NCBI GenBank assembly: GCA_036679065.1
Contig: JAZIGN010000003.1
Coordinates: 224,001 to 288,000 of the forward strand
Length of the DNA: 64,000 nucleotides
DNA from: Coprothermobacterota bacterium
Lineage (GTDB): Bacteria; Coprothermobacterota; Coprothermobacteria; Coprothermobacterales; Coprothermobacteraceae
Reading direction: 5' to 3'
The translations under genes and the position numbers were made by a program. The notes below the pieces were generated by a model. That model was not told where the DNA came from. It did no database searches and worked only from the letters and a program-made list of their open reading frames with translations. Below, piece after piece: positions 20,710-30,050 of this stretch. The first letter of the stretch is position 1. Each line of letters starts with the position of its first letter.

Positions 20710-21786
20710 TTGAAACTACCATCTCTAAGAATAGGAGATTTAGAAGCAAGAGTGCCCATAATTCAGGGCGGTATGGGTGTTGGAATATCCATGTCGGGTC
20801 TGGCTTCTGCTGTGGCTAATGCTGGCGGTATCGGAGTCATATCCGGTCTGCATCTTTCTCTTAGCGATCCTAAATGGGGTCCAAACATTAGAAAGGGCAA
20901 CATTGAAGCGCTCAGGGAAGAAATAAGAAAAGCAAGGAGGCTTTCGCCCCAGGGCATCATTGGCGTGAACATACTCGTGGCAGCAACGGAGTATGAGGCT
21001 CTGGTAAAAACTGCGGTGGAGGAAGGTGCGGACCTCATTATTTCCGGTGCTGGGCTTCCACTAAACTTGCCAGAGTTTGTGAAAGGCACCCACACCAAAG
21101 CTGTGCCCATTGTTTCCTCGGTTCGTGGAGCAACAACCATTTGTAAGTCGTGGACTCAAAAGCACAACTACGTACCTGACGCCATCATTGTGGAAGGTCC
21201 AAAAGCAGGAGGGCACCTGGGGTTCAAGCCGGAAGAGCTTGAGCATATGGACAATTACAAGCTCGAAGATATTGTTCCTCAGGTCATTGAAGCAGTGAAA
21301 CCTTTTGAAGAACAGTATGGCAAGAAAATACCTGTGATCGCCGCTGGAGGTATTTTTGATGGGAAGGACATCGCAAGGTTCATAAAGCTGGGCGCCAGTG
21401 GGGTGCAGATGGCGACGCGGTTTGTGGCAACCTACGAATGCGATGCGTCAATGGAGTTTAAGCAGGCTTACATAAATGCGAAAAAAGAAGATGTGGTAAT
21501 CATAAAGAGCCCAGTGGGTATGCCAGGCAGGGCCATAAGAAATCAATTTCTTATTGACGTTGAGAACAATGCAAGAAAACCTGACCTGTGCAGGTACAAC
21601 TGCCTAAAGACATGTGATCCGAAGACAGCACCTTACTGTATTTCTCAGGCTTTGATAAACGCGCAGAAGGGGAATCTAGATGAAGGTTTTGCTTTCTGCG
21701 GTGAAAACGTCTACAAAGTGGACAAAATTGTGCACGTGGATGAACTCATAAGCGAACTGGTCAGAGAAGCAGAAGAAAACCTGTAG
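20710..21786 (+). CDS. Nitronate monooxygenase / FabK-like flavoprotein
   Basis: PIIQGGMG, SGAGLP, EGPKAGGHLG, AAGGIFDG, GVQMATRF, Cys-rich tail. TTG start after AGGAGG. Confidence 0.88.
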   Translation: MKLPSLRIGDLEARVPIIQGGMGVGISMSGLASAVANAGGIGVISGLHLSLSDPKWGPNIRKGNIEALREEIRKARRLSPQGIIGVNILVAATEYEALVKTAVEEGADLIISGAGLPLNLPEFVKGTHTKAVPIVSSVRGATTICKSWTQKHNYVPDAIIVEGPKAGGHLGFKPEELEHMDNYKLEDIVPQVIEAVKPFEEQYGKKIPVIAAGGIFDGKDIARFIKLGASGVQMATRFVATYECDASMEFKQAYINAKKEDVVIIKSPVGMPGRAIRNQFLIDVENNARKPDLCRYNCLKTCDPKTAPYCISQALINAQKGNLDEGFAFCGENVYKVDKIVHVDELISELVREAEENL

Positions 21787-21798
21787 TAGTAATAAATG

Positions 21799-21834
21799 AG
21801 GAGGGCCACGCTTTCTACGGTGCGGCCCTCCTTT
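21799..21834. terminator. Hairpin terminator between convergent genes
   Basis: AGGAGGGCC...GGCCCTCCT-TTG. Confidence 0.7.
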
Positions 21835-21860
21835 GTGTTGGCTTGCTAAGAAAGTCTATT

Positions 21861-22541
21861 TTACAAGCTTCGCTCTTGTTTCTTGCTACGTAGGTAATTT
21901 ATTAGTGCATCAACTTGCTCGTTATTCAGCTTATCCAATGGGACGTTGTATTTCTTTTCTACCATTGTTCTAAGCTGTTCTTCGTTTAAGCCAACTTCTT
22001 TTGCAAGGGTTAGCACAAAGGAAATCCTTTTGGGGTTGGCTGTGAGAAGTGCGTTAGATCCAGTTTGATGTTCTGGCACTGTGCTTTCTGCATCATCATC
22101 TTCAGAGGTTGCTGCCATATTGAATAGCGACAAAAGAGCATACCTTCTCAAGTAAGATATAGTACTACCAATCGTTTGTACGGATACTTCATCGGTTATC
22201 TCGTAAATAGGTTTTCTCTCTTCATCAACGCCTACCTGAACACGTGCTCTTTGAGGATTAGCCGTCACAGGTCCAAACTCTAGCCAGCATCCATTGGTGT
22301 GAAACAGGTACGTAACAATAGAGATTTCTTGCGAGCTGTTGGATAAAACTTCTTGCGCCATTACCAAACCATTTCTTGTGAGTAAGGGGCGGAGTAGATC
22401 GACAATTTGGTCAAGTGGTGCGTATTTAGATTTGAAATATGGGTTCTCGCTGGTCGCAATTGGATTTTTGACTTCATGCTGCACAGCGAGTAACGCTTTA
22501 ATAAGCTCGCTTATACCTTCAGTATTCCCATTTACTTTCAT
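21861..22541 (-). CDS. ERF-family single-strand annealing protein (phage type)
   Basis: NPYFKSKYAPLD...GSTISYLRRYAL...EDDDA. Confidence 0.88.
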   Translation of the reverse strand: MKVNGNTEGISELIKALLAVQHEVKNPIATSENPYFKSKYAPLDQIVDLLRPLLTRNGLVMAQEVLSNSSQEISIVTYLFHTNGCWLEFGPVTANPQRARVQVGVDEERKPIYEITDEVSVQTIGSTISYLRRYALLSLFNMAATSEDDDAESTVPEHQTGSNALLTANPKRISFVLTLAKEVGLNEEQLRTMVEKKYNVPLDKLNNEQVDALINYLRSKKQERSL

Positions 22542-23075
22542 CTTATGTACCTCCTCAGTTGTTTATCGTCTTTTCTTGATTTTCTCTGCGCATATGTACG
22601 ACACATATGACTTACCTCCTTACTGTGAAAACTCAGTGCAAGAAAGCTTCAAGGTTTGCAAACAGAAATTGTAGGCTTATTTAGGCTGGCGTACGCTAAA
22701 TTTTCCGGTATGTCAATTTTATAAACGAATTCTTGAAGGATTTATTTCTCTTACATAGAGGATAAATATCGCTCAAGTTCTTTCTTTGCACTCGAGTTAT
22801 ATTATAACAAAGAATACCCTGAAAACAAACATAAAAGCGGCATAAATTACCTATGCTTTAGCAGAACCATTAGCTCATTTTTCTTGAATAAATTCTGACT
22901 CAATATTCACGGTTATTGCAGTTTTATATAGCGAGTTGATAATCGCGCCATATGAGATGTTTTTTGGCATGGAAAGAGTTCTTTTGCCTTGAATCTATAG
23001 TAATTGGCCATGTGGTTTGGTTCACAGCCTTTTCATTGTAGCGCTTTGACTTGGGTTTGTCCTTTGCTGGAATGC

Positions 23076-24392
23076 TCAAAGTTTTTGTTTCATCAGCAGT
23101 GCCACACACTCGACGTGTGTTGTTTGTGGAAACATGTCTATGGCCTGGATGTGGTTTAGGAAATAGCCAAAGGACTGAAACCTGCTGATGTCCCGAGCAA
23201 GGGTTGATGGGTCACAGCTGATGTAGACAATACGTTCTGGCTGGAGCCTTGCTACAGCGTTCAATGCTTCCTGAGTCATGCCGTTTCTTGGTGGATCAAC
23301 TACTACTTTGTTTATCTTCTCTTGTAGGGAAGCAGCCGCTTCTTCAACGGGTTTGGCTAAAAACTGCACGTTGTCCACGTTGTTTAATGCAGCATTTTCA
23401 CATGCCTGCTGTACAGCTTCTTCTACACCCTCCGCTGCTATGACAGACTTAACTTCCGGAGCATACAGTAAAGTAAAAGCGCCCACGCCTGAATAGCCTT
23501 CAAACACCACATCTTCTGGCTTGGGCTCAAGGTACTCCATCGCAACCGTGAACAGTTTTTCTGCTTGCTTGGGGTTTATTTGGAAGAAGGACATGGGCGT
23601 TATGTTGTAAATGTTGCCCATGAGCTGTTCTTGCACATATGGGTTACCGTAGTACCAGCTTAAACCTTTTCCAATGACCGTCTTGTTCTGCGCAGTGTTC
23701 TGGTGAAAAACCAAACTACTTACGCCCAGTTCAAGAATTTCCTGAGCTAAGGTTTCAAAGTTTTTGGGAAAATGACTAAAGGTTACCAGAACTTGCCTTT
23801 CACCAGAGAGAAGAGACGCTCTGACTTGTAAATGCCTCAGCGTGCCACCGCTAGTGAAATAGCTCCTTAGTCCATGTTGTCTCATAACGCTCAATACACC
23901 TTGTGCTGTTTCCCAAAGTGGCTCTTGGAGTATGGGGCAAGTGGTCAAGGCGAACCATTTGTCATTTTTACTAAAGTAACCCACATCCAAGATGTTTCTT
24001 TCTTCACCGAACATGAAATGAGCTTTTGCTCTGTAGCCATAGAGCGTGTCTGAAGGGACAACTTGCACGTTGTCCACCTCTTGCTTAGCTAGTTTCCAAA
24101 CGTTTTGGCTCACAAAACTACTTTTCCACTGAAGTTGTTGCTGGTAAGAAATGTGTTGAAGCTGGCACCCGCCGCACTGAGAGAAATGTGGACACAAGGG
24201 TTCTATCCTGTAAGGGCTCGCCTGAACCAGTTCCACCAGCTCAGCTTCCGCGTAGTTTTTCCGTTGAGACGTAACCACTGCTTTTACCACGTCTCCTGGT
24301 GCCACAATGCCCTTCACAAAATACACAAGGCCAGATGACTTAGCAACACCAAAACCTTCCACAGTGAGGTCTGTAATTTCTAAGACTTCCAT
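23076..24392 (-). CDS. rlmD: 23S rRNA m5U1939 methyltransferase
   Basis: TRAM domain, CPHFSQCGGCQ, SFFQIN, VDPPRNG, YISCDPSTLARD, DMFPQTTHVE. Confidence 0.95.
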   Translation of the reverse strand: MEVLEITDLTVEGFGVAKSSGLVYFVKGIVAPGDVVKAVVTSQRKNYAEAELVELVQASPYRIEPLCPHFSQCGGCQLQHISYQQQLQWKSSFVSQNVWKLAKQEVDNVQVVPSDTLYGYRAKAHFMFGEERNILDVGYFSKNDKWFALTTCPILQEPLWETAQGVLSVMRQHGLRSYFTSGGTLRHLQVRASLLSGERQVLVTFSHFPKNFETLAQEILELGVSSLVFHQNTAQNKTVIGKGLSWYYGNPYVQEQLMGNIYNITPMSFFQINPKQAEKLFTVAMEYLEPKPEDVVFEGYSGVGAFTLLYAPEVKSVIAAEGVEEAVQQACENAALNNVDNVQFLAKPVEEAAASLQEKINKVVVDPPRNGMTQEALNAVARLQPERIVYISCDPSTLARDISRFQSFGYFLNHIQAIDMFPQTTHVECVALLMKQKL

Positions 24393-24419
24393 TGTTTGTC
24401 TTCTGCTTCTCTATATTTG

Positions 24420-25304
24420 TTAAGGTACGGGTTCGCCAGTGGCTTGCTCTAAAAGATAAAACCACTCCTGTCGGTCAAGGATTATGTCCTTGGCCTCCAC
24501 TGCTGATTTTACCCGATCATATTTACTACTGCCTGCTATGACCACAATGTTCGCTGGATGGCTTAGCAGCCATGAGTACGCAATATGCTCAGCTGTGACG
24601 CCGTGATTATGAGCAACTTGTTCCAGCGCGTTCTTTAACTTAACCATGTTGGGTTCACCACTGGTGAACAGTTTTCCTCCGCCCAGGGGTGACCAAGCCA
24701 TTGGGGTTATGTCGTTTTCCATCATGTATGGAATTTGCCAATCCCAAAAAGGTTGTGGATGTGCAAGAGAGATTTCTATCTGGTTCACAAATAATGGTTG
24801 TTTCACGTATTTTGTGAGTAGTGAGTGATGATAAGGCATGAAGTTGGATACGCCAAAAGAAAGCACCTTTCCTTCCTTGTAAAGCTCGTCAAAGGCATGG
24901 CCCACTTCCAAAGGGTCCATGTATGGGTCAGGTCTGTGTATGAGCAGCAGGTCAATGTGATCCCTGCCTAATTCAAGTAAAGATTGGTCTACCGAGGCAA
25001 TGATGTGTTCAGCTGAAGTATCGTAGTGCTTCACATAAACTTCTGGATGCTTGTCCGAGAGCAAAACAATACCAGCTTTTGTAACTACCTTTATGCGTTT
25101 AGACAATGTTGGGTCAGCTTGCAACACTTCACCGAACATCTTTGTGGCTTCATAGTCTCCGTAAATGTCCGCTAAATCCACAGTATCCACGCCCAGGTCC
25201 AAAAGTTTGTTCATGGTTCTAGCAAGTTCTTTTGGTGTTCTATTCCAAGTTTTAATTCTCCAGAGGCCCCAAACAGTTCTTGGCAGAGTTATTTTTTCTT
25301 CCAT
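24420..25304 (-). CDS. Aldo/keto reductase (YdhF/YcsN-like)
   Basis: DLADIYG, LLLIHRPD, GVSNF, AWSPLGGG. Confidence 0.93.
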   Translation of the reverse strand: MEEKITLPRTVWGLWRIKTWNRTPKELARTMNKLLDLGVDTVDLADIYGDYEATKMFGEVLQADPTLSKRIKVVTKAGIVLLSDKHPEVYVKHYDTSAEHIIASVDQSLLELGRDHIDLLLIHRPDPYMDPLEVGHAFDELYKEGKVLSFGVSNFMPYHHSLLTKYVKQPLFVNQIEISLAHPQPFWDWQIPYMMENDITPMAWSPLGGGKLFTSGEPNMVKLKNALEQVAHNHGVTAEHIAYSWLLSHPANIVVIAGSSKYDRVKSAVEAKDIILDRQEWFYLLEQATGEPVP

Positions 25305-25406
25305 GGATTAATTAAAGCACAATTTACACTTGATAGGCTGATACAATGTTAAAATGAGAAACCAATAGGGGTTGAAATGCGTCCTCGTTAAGGAGGTGAA
25401 ACAAGG

Positions 25407-26363
25407 ATGAGAAAGTTGACAAGAAAGATCATTCCGGTGTTGCTGTGCCTCAGCTTGTTTGTTGTTATGGCACCTTTGGCAACATCGGCAGCAGGCACAC
25501 TCGCAATCAAGTTGGATGTAATGCAACTTCCCACTGGTGGGGTAGAATTGATGGTTTACGTGGTAAACCCTGGTTCGTCAGTAACTATGCAGTTCAGTAG
25601 CGGTTACTACTACGATGTAGAGATTACTGGCAGTAACTTCCATTACAAGGATTCTCAAGGCAAGAGCTACACTCAAGCAATAATGAAGAAAACATTCCCC
25701 ACTGGGAACACGCTGATTAGTTTCATCACTTTACCTAACATCCCTGCAGGCAGCTACACTTACAAGGTTTGGTTAGTGGGCCAAAACGTTACCACTTCAG
25801 GTTCATTTGTGCTCGGCTCTGTACCTGAAATCACTGACATTAGTAATTCCTGGGCAAAAGACAACATTACCACTGTGGTAGAGAAGAAATTCCTGACGGT
25901 ACTTGACAACAAGTTCAGACCTACAGAGCCCATCACTCGTGGTGAATTCATGTATGCACTGGCTTTAGCCACCGGTATTAAGCCCGTGACGTTAGCGGAC
26001 TTGGATGGGAAGAATCCCTTTAAGGATGTGGATCCCAAGAGTGCTGTAGCTCCTTACTACTGGGCATTCTACAAAGCCAATATTGTAAAGGGTTATCCTG
26101 ATGGAACACTGCGTCCAGCTGGCTTCCTGACCAGAGGCGAGGCTGCAAAGTTGATCGCCTTGACGCTACCATCAGAACCTGGTCAAAACTTTATACCCAA
26201 GGCTCCTTTCACTGATCTGTTCGGACACTGGTCAAAGATCTATGTAGCTTACCTTTATGAAAAGGGCATAGTAAAGGGCATGACAGAAACCACATTCGGA
26301 CCAGACCTGACGCTAACCCGTGACCAAGTGGCTGCTTTCTTAACGCGCGTCATGGTGAAGTGA
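25407..26363 (+). CDS. Secreted S-layer homology (SLH) protein with a BsuPI-like N-terminal domain
   Basis: Signal peptide; FSSG.YD...YTQA segment; three SLH repeats (FRPTEPITRGE, GYPDGTLRP..LTRGE, FGPDLTLTRDQ). Confidence 0.85.
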   Translation: MRKLTRKIIPVLLCLSLFVVMAPLATSAAGTLAIKLDVMQLPTGGVELMVYVVNPGSSVTMQFSSGYYYDVEITGSNFHYKDSQGKSYTQAIMKKTFPTGNTLISFITLPNIPAGSYTYKVWLVGQNVTTSGSFVLGSVPEITDISNSWAKDNITTVVEKKFLTVLDNKFRPTEPITRGEFMYALALATGIKPVTLADLDGKNPFKDVDPKSAVAPYYWAFYKANIVKGYPDGTLRPAGFLTRGEAAKLIALTLPSEPGQNFIPKAPFTDLFGHWSKIYVAYLYEKGIVKGMTETTFGPDLTLTRDQVAAFLTRVMVK

Positions 26364-26414
26364 AAGTAGAGAAAGAGCGTTCAAGTCAATCACGATAAAT
26401 GGCATGAATTAAGC

Positions 26415-26448
26415 AAAAGGGCTTACCCACTGCGGGTAAGCCCTTTTT
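26415..26448. terminator. Bidirectional intrinsic terminator
   Basis: AAAAGGGCTTACCC-actgc-GGGTAAGCCCTTTTT. Confidence 0.9.
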
Positions 26449-26478
26449 ACACGGACACCTCCGTTATTTCTTTCTACC

Positions 26479-26787
26479 TCACTTCTTCTGGTGTTTCTTT
26501 ATGAACTCCTCTACTTCATCTTTGCCTTCTTCGTAAAACTTTTTCTCATCAGGCTCTAACTCGAAAAGCAGGCGGAGAAACTCTCCTGCGTGAACTCTTT
26601 CCTCGTTGGCAATGTCCACTAACACATCTTTGGCAAGATCGTTGTCGATGCTTTCAGCAAGTTGCATGTAAAGTTGAGTAGCTTCATACTCAGCGGCTAC
26701 CATGAACCTAATGGCTCTCACCAATTCCTCGTGTGTGAGCTTACGGTCGTACTTGTTTCCACTAAATGGACTTGAAAAATCTGGCAT
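26479..26787 (-). CDS. Small ferritin-like/rubrerythrin-family protein
   Basis: AAEYEATQLY...DIANEERVHAGEF di-iron motifs. Confidence 0.88.
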   Translation of the reverse strand: MPDFSSPFSGNKYDRKLTHEELVRAIRFMVAAEYEATQLYMQLAESIDNDLAKDVLVDIANEERVHAGEFLRLLFELEPDEKKFYEEGKDEVEEFIKKHQKK

Positions 26788-26813
26788 GATTTGTCCCCTC
26801 CTTTACACCCTTT

Positions 26814-27722
26814 TTATATCTTAGCAGCCATCAGGGCTTTTGCTATCAGAGAACCCACATAGGCATTGTTCTTTACCAGGGCAATGTTGGTTTCCAAAGT
26901 TTCTCCTTTGGAGTTCTTGGCTAAGTAATCCAGCAAAAATGGGGTAACGTCTTTGCCCTTAATGTTGTTTGCTTTTGCTTGCTGTAAAGCTGCCTCAATG
27001 AGCTGCTCTACTTTTTCTTTTTCCAGAGCCATGTCCTCAGGAGGTGGATTGCCCACCAAAATGGCTTTATCGACCTCCAATGCATCGCGGTCACGTATGA
27101 TCTGAGCCAACTCCCCCGGAGTGTTGACGCTGTGTTCCAGTTTCAGTCCGCTGTGGCCATAATAGAAAGCAGGGAATTCATGGGTTTTGTAGCCCACAAC
27201 CAAAACGCCTTTGGTTTCCAAGTACTCCAGCGTGGCTGGTAAATCCAATATGGCTTTTGCGCCTGCACATACCACTGTTATGGGGATGGAGCCCAATGCC
27301 TCCAAGTCAGTACTTACATCAAAGCTCTCTCGTGCATCGCGGTGCACACCACCTATGCCACCAGTGGCAAAAACTTGAATGCCGGCTTTGTACGCTGCAA
27401 ACATGGTGGCAGAAACAGTGGTGCCACCGTAAAGCTTCTTGGCTGCCGCTACTGACAAATCTTTCAGGCTGATTTTGTGAAGATCTTTTGCTTGACTCAA
27501 GTATGTTATTTCTTCTTCACTTAAGCCCACCTTTATGTCGCCATTTATGACCCCAATGGTAGCTGGCACGGCTCCAGCTTCTTTTACGACTTGTTCAACC
27601 TCTAACGCCGTATGCAAATTTGCAGGGTAGGGCATACCGTGGGTTATTATGGTGGATTCCAATGCAACTACGGGTTTAAGTGTTTCAATGGCTTCTTTTA
27701 CATGTGGTGCAATTTGCAACAT
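26814..27722 (-). CDS. psuG: Pseudouridine-5'-phosphate glycosidase
   Basis: [43 protein letters not shown]. Confidence 0.96.
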   Translation of the reverse strand: MLQIAPHVKEAIETLKPVVALESTIITHGMPYPANLHTALEVEQVVKEAGAVPATIGVINGDIKVGLSEEEITYLSQAKDLHKISLKDLSVAAAKKLYGGTTVSATMFAAYKAGIQVFATGGIGGVHRDARESFDVSTDLEALGSIPITVVCAGAKAILDLPATLEYLETKGVLVVGYKTHEFPAFYYGHSGLKLEHSVNTPGELAQIIRDRDALEVDKAILVGNPPPEDMALEKEKVEQLIEAALQQAKANNIKGKDVTPFLLDYLAKNSKGETLETNIALVKNNAYVGSLIAKALMAAKI

Positions 27723-27759
27723 GTCTTCATACCTCCTCTTTGAGCACTACAATTATAGT

Positions 27760-28572
27760 ATGGTCCTAATTTACGGAGATGTGTTATTGGATGTGTTAAT
27801 TTTCGAGGAATCTCCCAAAGTTTATGCATCGGATGCTCAAGCTAAAGCTTTGGTGGTCCCGGGCGGTTCGGCCTTCAACACAGCTCGTCATGTTGCGCGC
27901 TGTGGCACCAATGTGGGCATTTTAGGGTGTGTGGGCAGCGACGGAGGCTATGGTTTTTTCATGGATGCTGGGCAGCGCTACGGTATTAATATGCTCCTCA
28001 CACAAAAGGAAGGGTTCACGGGTACACTGCTGGTGCGTCACGAGCATGGAGAAAGGAACATGTGGAGTTCTCCAAACGTGGCTCGCAGTTACATAGCTGT
28101 TCCTGATGTGAACATTAATTGGCTACACATTAGCGCATACGCGTTGTTCCACGAAGAAAGCGCAAAGGTGGTTCAGGAGCTGACTGTGAAAGCAAAGAGC
28201 AGTGGAGCTATTCTTTCCGTGGATGCTGCTTCGTATGAGCCACTTAAGCAGCACTTAGATAGTTTTCTACAGGCTACTCGCGGCTTCGATTTTCTCTTTG
28301 CTAACGAGCATGAGATGGAGGTCTTAGCAAAAACTGACTACCATTACAAGCACGTGGTGGTGAAGCAAGGTAGCAGAGGATCCACTGTGGATGGTATACA
28401 TGTGGAAGCGCCTCGGGTGGAGGTGGTGAGTACCTTGGGAGCAGGAGACTGCTTTAACGGCGTCTTCATAGCTGAGGTCTCAAAGGGTGCAGCTTTGGTA
28501 GAAGCTTGCCGAAAGGCTTCAGCGGAAGCAAGCAGGTGGGTTGCTACCGATTTTGAAAGGAGGTATTTCTAA
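27760..28572 (+). CDS. PfkB-family carbohydrate kinase (possible pseudouridine kinase)
   Basis: PGGSAFN, NEHE, VVKQGSRG, STLGAGDCF; divergent from psuG. Confidence 0.85.
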   Translation: MVLIYGDVLLDVLIFEESPKVYASDAQAKALVVPGGSAFNTARHVARCGTNVGILGCVGSDGGYGFFMDAGQRYGINMLLTQKEGFTGTLLVRHEHGERNMWSSPNVARSYIAVPDVNINWLHISAYALFHEESAKVVQELTVKAKSSGAILSVDAASYEPLKQHLDSFLQATRGFDFLFANEHEMEVLAKTDYHYKHVVVKQGSRGSTVDGIHVEAPRVEVVSTLGAGDCFNGVFIAEVSKGAALVEACRKASAEASRWVATDFERRYF

Positions 28573-28579
28573 AAGGATC

Positions 28580-29818
28580 ATGGATGCTGATGAGTTCTTA
28601 CTAAACAAGATAAAAGCGTACCAGCCGGTTTTTTGGCGTAACCCGAACAAAGAAGAAGCAGCAAAAGCTTTGAAGCATATACCATTGGGGCTAATGGACA
28701 TTCAAGATGCAGAAAAACGGTTGCACCGATTTGCACCAGCCATAAAGGAGCTTTTTCCAGAAACAAATAACGGTATCATAGAAAGTTCTCACGTGGAACT
28801 CAGACACGCAGAAGAGTTGCATGGAAAGACTTTGGAAGATTTTTCGGGTCCCGTCTACGCAAAATTGGACAATTACCTTCCCATATCGGGATCTGTTAAA
28901 GCCCGTGGTGGCATCTATGAGGTGCTTTGGTTCGCGGAACAAGTTGCTCTACAGGAAGGCATCATAACCCTGGATAGTGATTACCGTGCTTTGCTGACTA
29001 CGGAAGCGCGCAAAGTTTTTAGTGGTTACTCACTGGTAGTGGGCTCCACTGGGAACTTGGGGCTCAGCATTGGAATCATGGGTCGTGCCTTTGGTTTCAA
29101 TGTGGAAGTACACATGTCCAAGGAGGCTGCAGCTTGGAAAAAAGAAAAACTGCGCAGCTTAGGAGCCCATGTGGTTGAACATGAAGGCGATTATTCTTCG
29201 GCAGTAGCTGAAGCTCGGCAAATAGCCAGTAGTAATCCCAAAGCACACTTTGTTGATGACGAAGAGTCGGTCATATTGTTCCTGGGCTATGCGGTGGCGG
29301 GTTTAAGATTGGCACCACAGATTCGACCTCTCTTAGATGAAACGGGTAAGAACCTAAAGGTATATATCCCATGTGGCGTGGGTGGTGCTCCTGGTGGTAT
29401 TGCTTTCGGGTTAAAAGCCACATTGGGTGACAGGGTGGAAGTTTATTTTGCAGAACCCACACATAGCCCGCGCATGCTACTTGCTTTGGCCACTGGCAAG
29501 CTGAGTGACATCAGCGTGGGTGACGTGGGGTTGGATGGAGTAACCGTGGCTGACGGTTTGGCTGTTGGTCGAGCATCAAAGCTGACTACTCCTTGGATGA
29601 TTCATCTCATAGATGGAGCGTTCACAGTCCCTGATGAGTTTATGCTTGACATGGTGCGTTGGCTTTGGGAAAGAGAAGGTATAAAAACAGAGCCTTCGGC
29701 CAATGCTGGGCTGTATGGTTTGGCAGGGGATGGTATCCACATGGTCTGGCTCACCGGCGGCAGCATGGTACCAGAAGACGTCTTTGAAGACTATTTGTCA
29801 AAAAGTCAGCCAATTTGA
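28580..29818 (+). CDS. dsdA: D-serine ammonia-lyase
   Basis: LPISGSVKARGG (PLP Lys), VGSTGNLG, IPCGVGGAPGG, ADGLAVGRAS, TGGSMVP. Confidence 0.94.
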   Translation: MDADEFLLNKIKAYQPVFWRNPNKEEAAKALKHIPLGLMDIQDAEKRLHRFAPAIKELFPETNNGIIESSHVELRHAEELHGKTLEDFSGPVYAKLDNYLPISGSVKARGGIYEVLWFAEQVALQEGIITLDSDYRALLTTEARKVFSGYSLVVGSTGNLGLSIGIMGRAFGFNVEVHMSKEAAAWKKEKLRSLGAHVVEHEGDYSSAVAEARQIASSNPKAHFVDDEESVILFLGYAVAGLRLAPQIRPLLDETGKNLKVYIPCGVGGAPGGIAFGLKATLGDRVEVYFAEPTHSPRMLLALATGKLSDISVGDVGLDGVTVADGLAVGRASKLTTPWMIHLIDGAFTVPDEFMLDMVRWLWEREGIKTEPSANAGLYGLAGDGIHMVWLTGGSMVPEDVFEDYLSKSQPI

Positions 29819-29825
29819 TTATGAC

Positions 29826-30050
29826 TTAGCCGCCTAACGCAAAAGGAAGTATTAGTAGTACGTCGCCATCTCGTAGCTGTTCTGTTTCTTTTAGTATGGT
29901 GCTATTACGTACCACAAAGCCAATCTCGGAAGGTGGTATGTCCAAAGTCTTTATAAGATCCGCTACGGTGGCTCCAGTAGGAAGCTCTACTTCGCCTGAG
30001 TGGACACCGTAGCGGCTAAAGTAATCATTTACGTGAACTGTAATTCTCAT
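29826..30050 (-). CDS. MoaD/ThiS-family sulfur carrier
   Basis: Ubiquitin-like size, C-terminal GG; follows aor. Confidence 0.88.
   Translation of the reverse strand: MRITVHVNDYFSRYGVHSGEVELPTGATVADLIKTLDIPPSEIGFVVRNSTILKETEQLRDGDVLLILPFALGG

Noticed and set aside
26479..26787. Encapsulin cargo system
   Set aside because: No encapsulin gene is adjacent and there is no evident C-terminal targeting peptide.
29826..30050. MoaD/ThiS protein as sulfur donor for the BREX system
   Set aside because: It lies 17 kb away in the aor operon, where pterin cofactor synthesis explains it.
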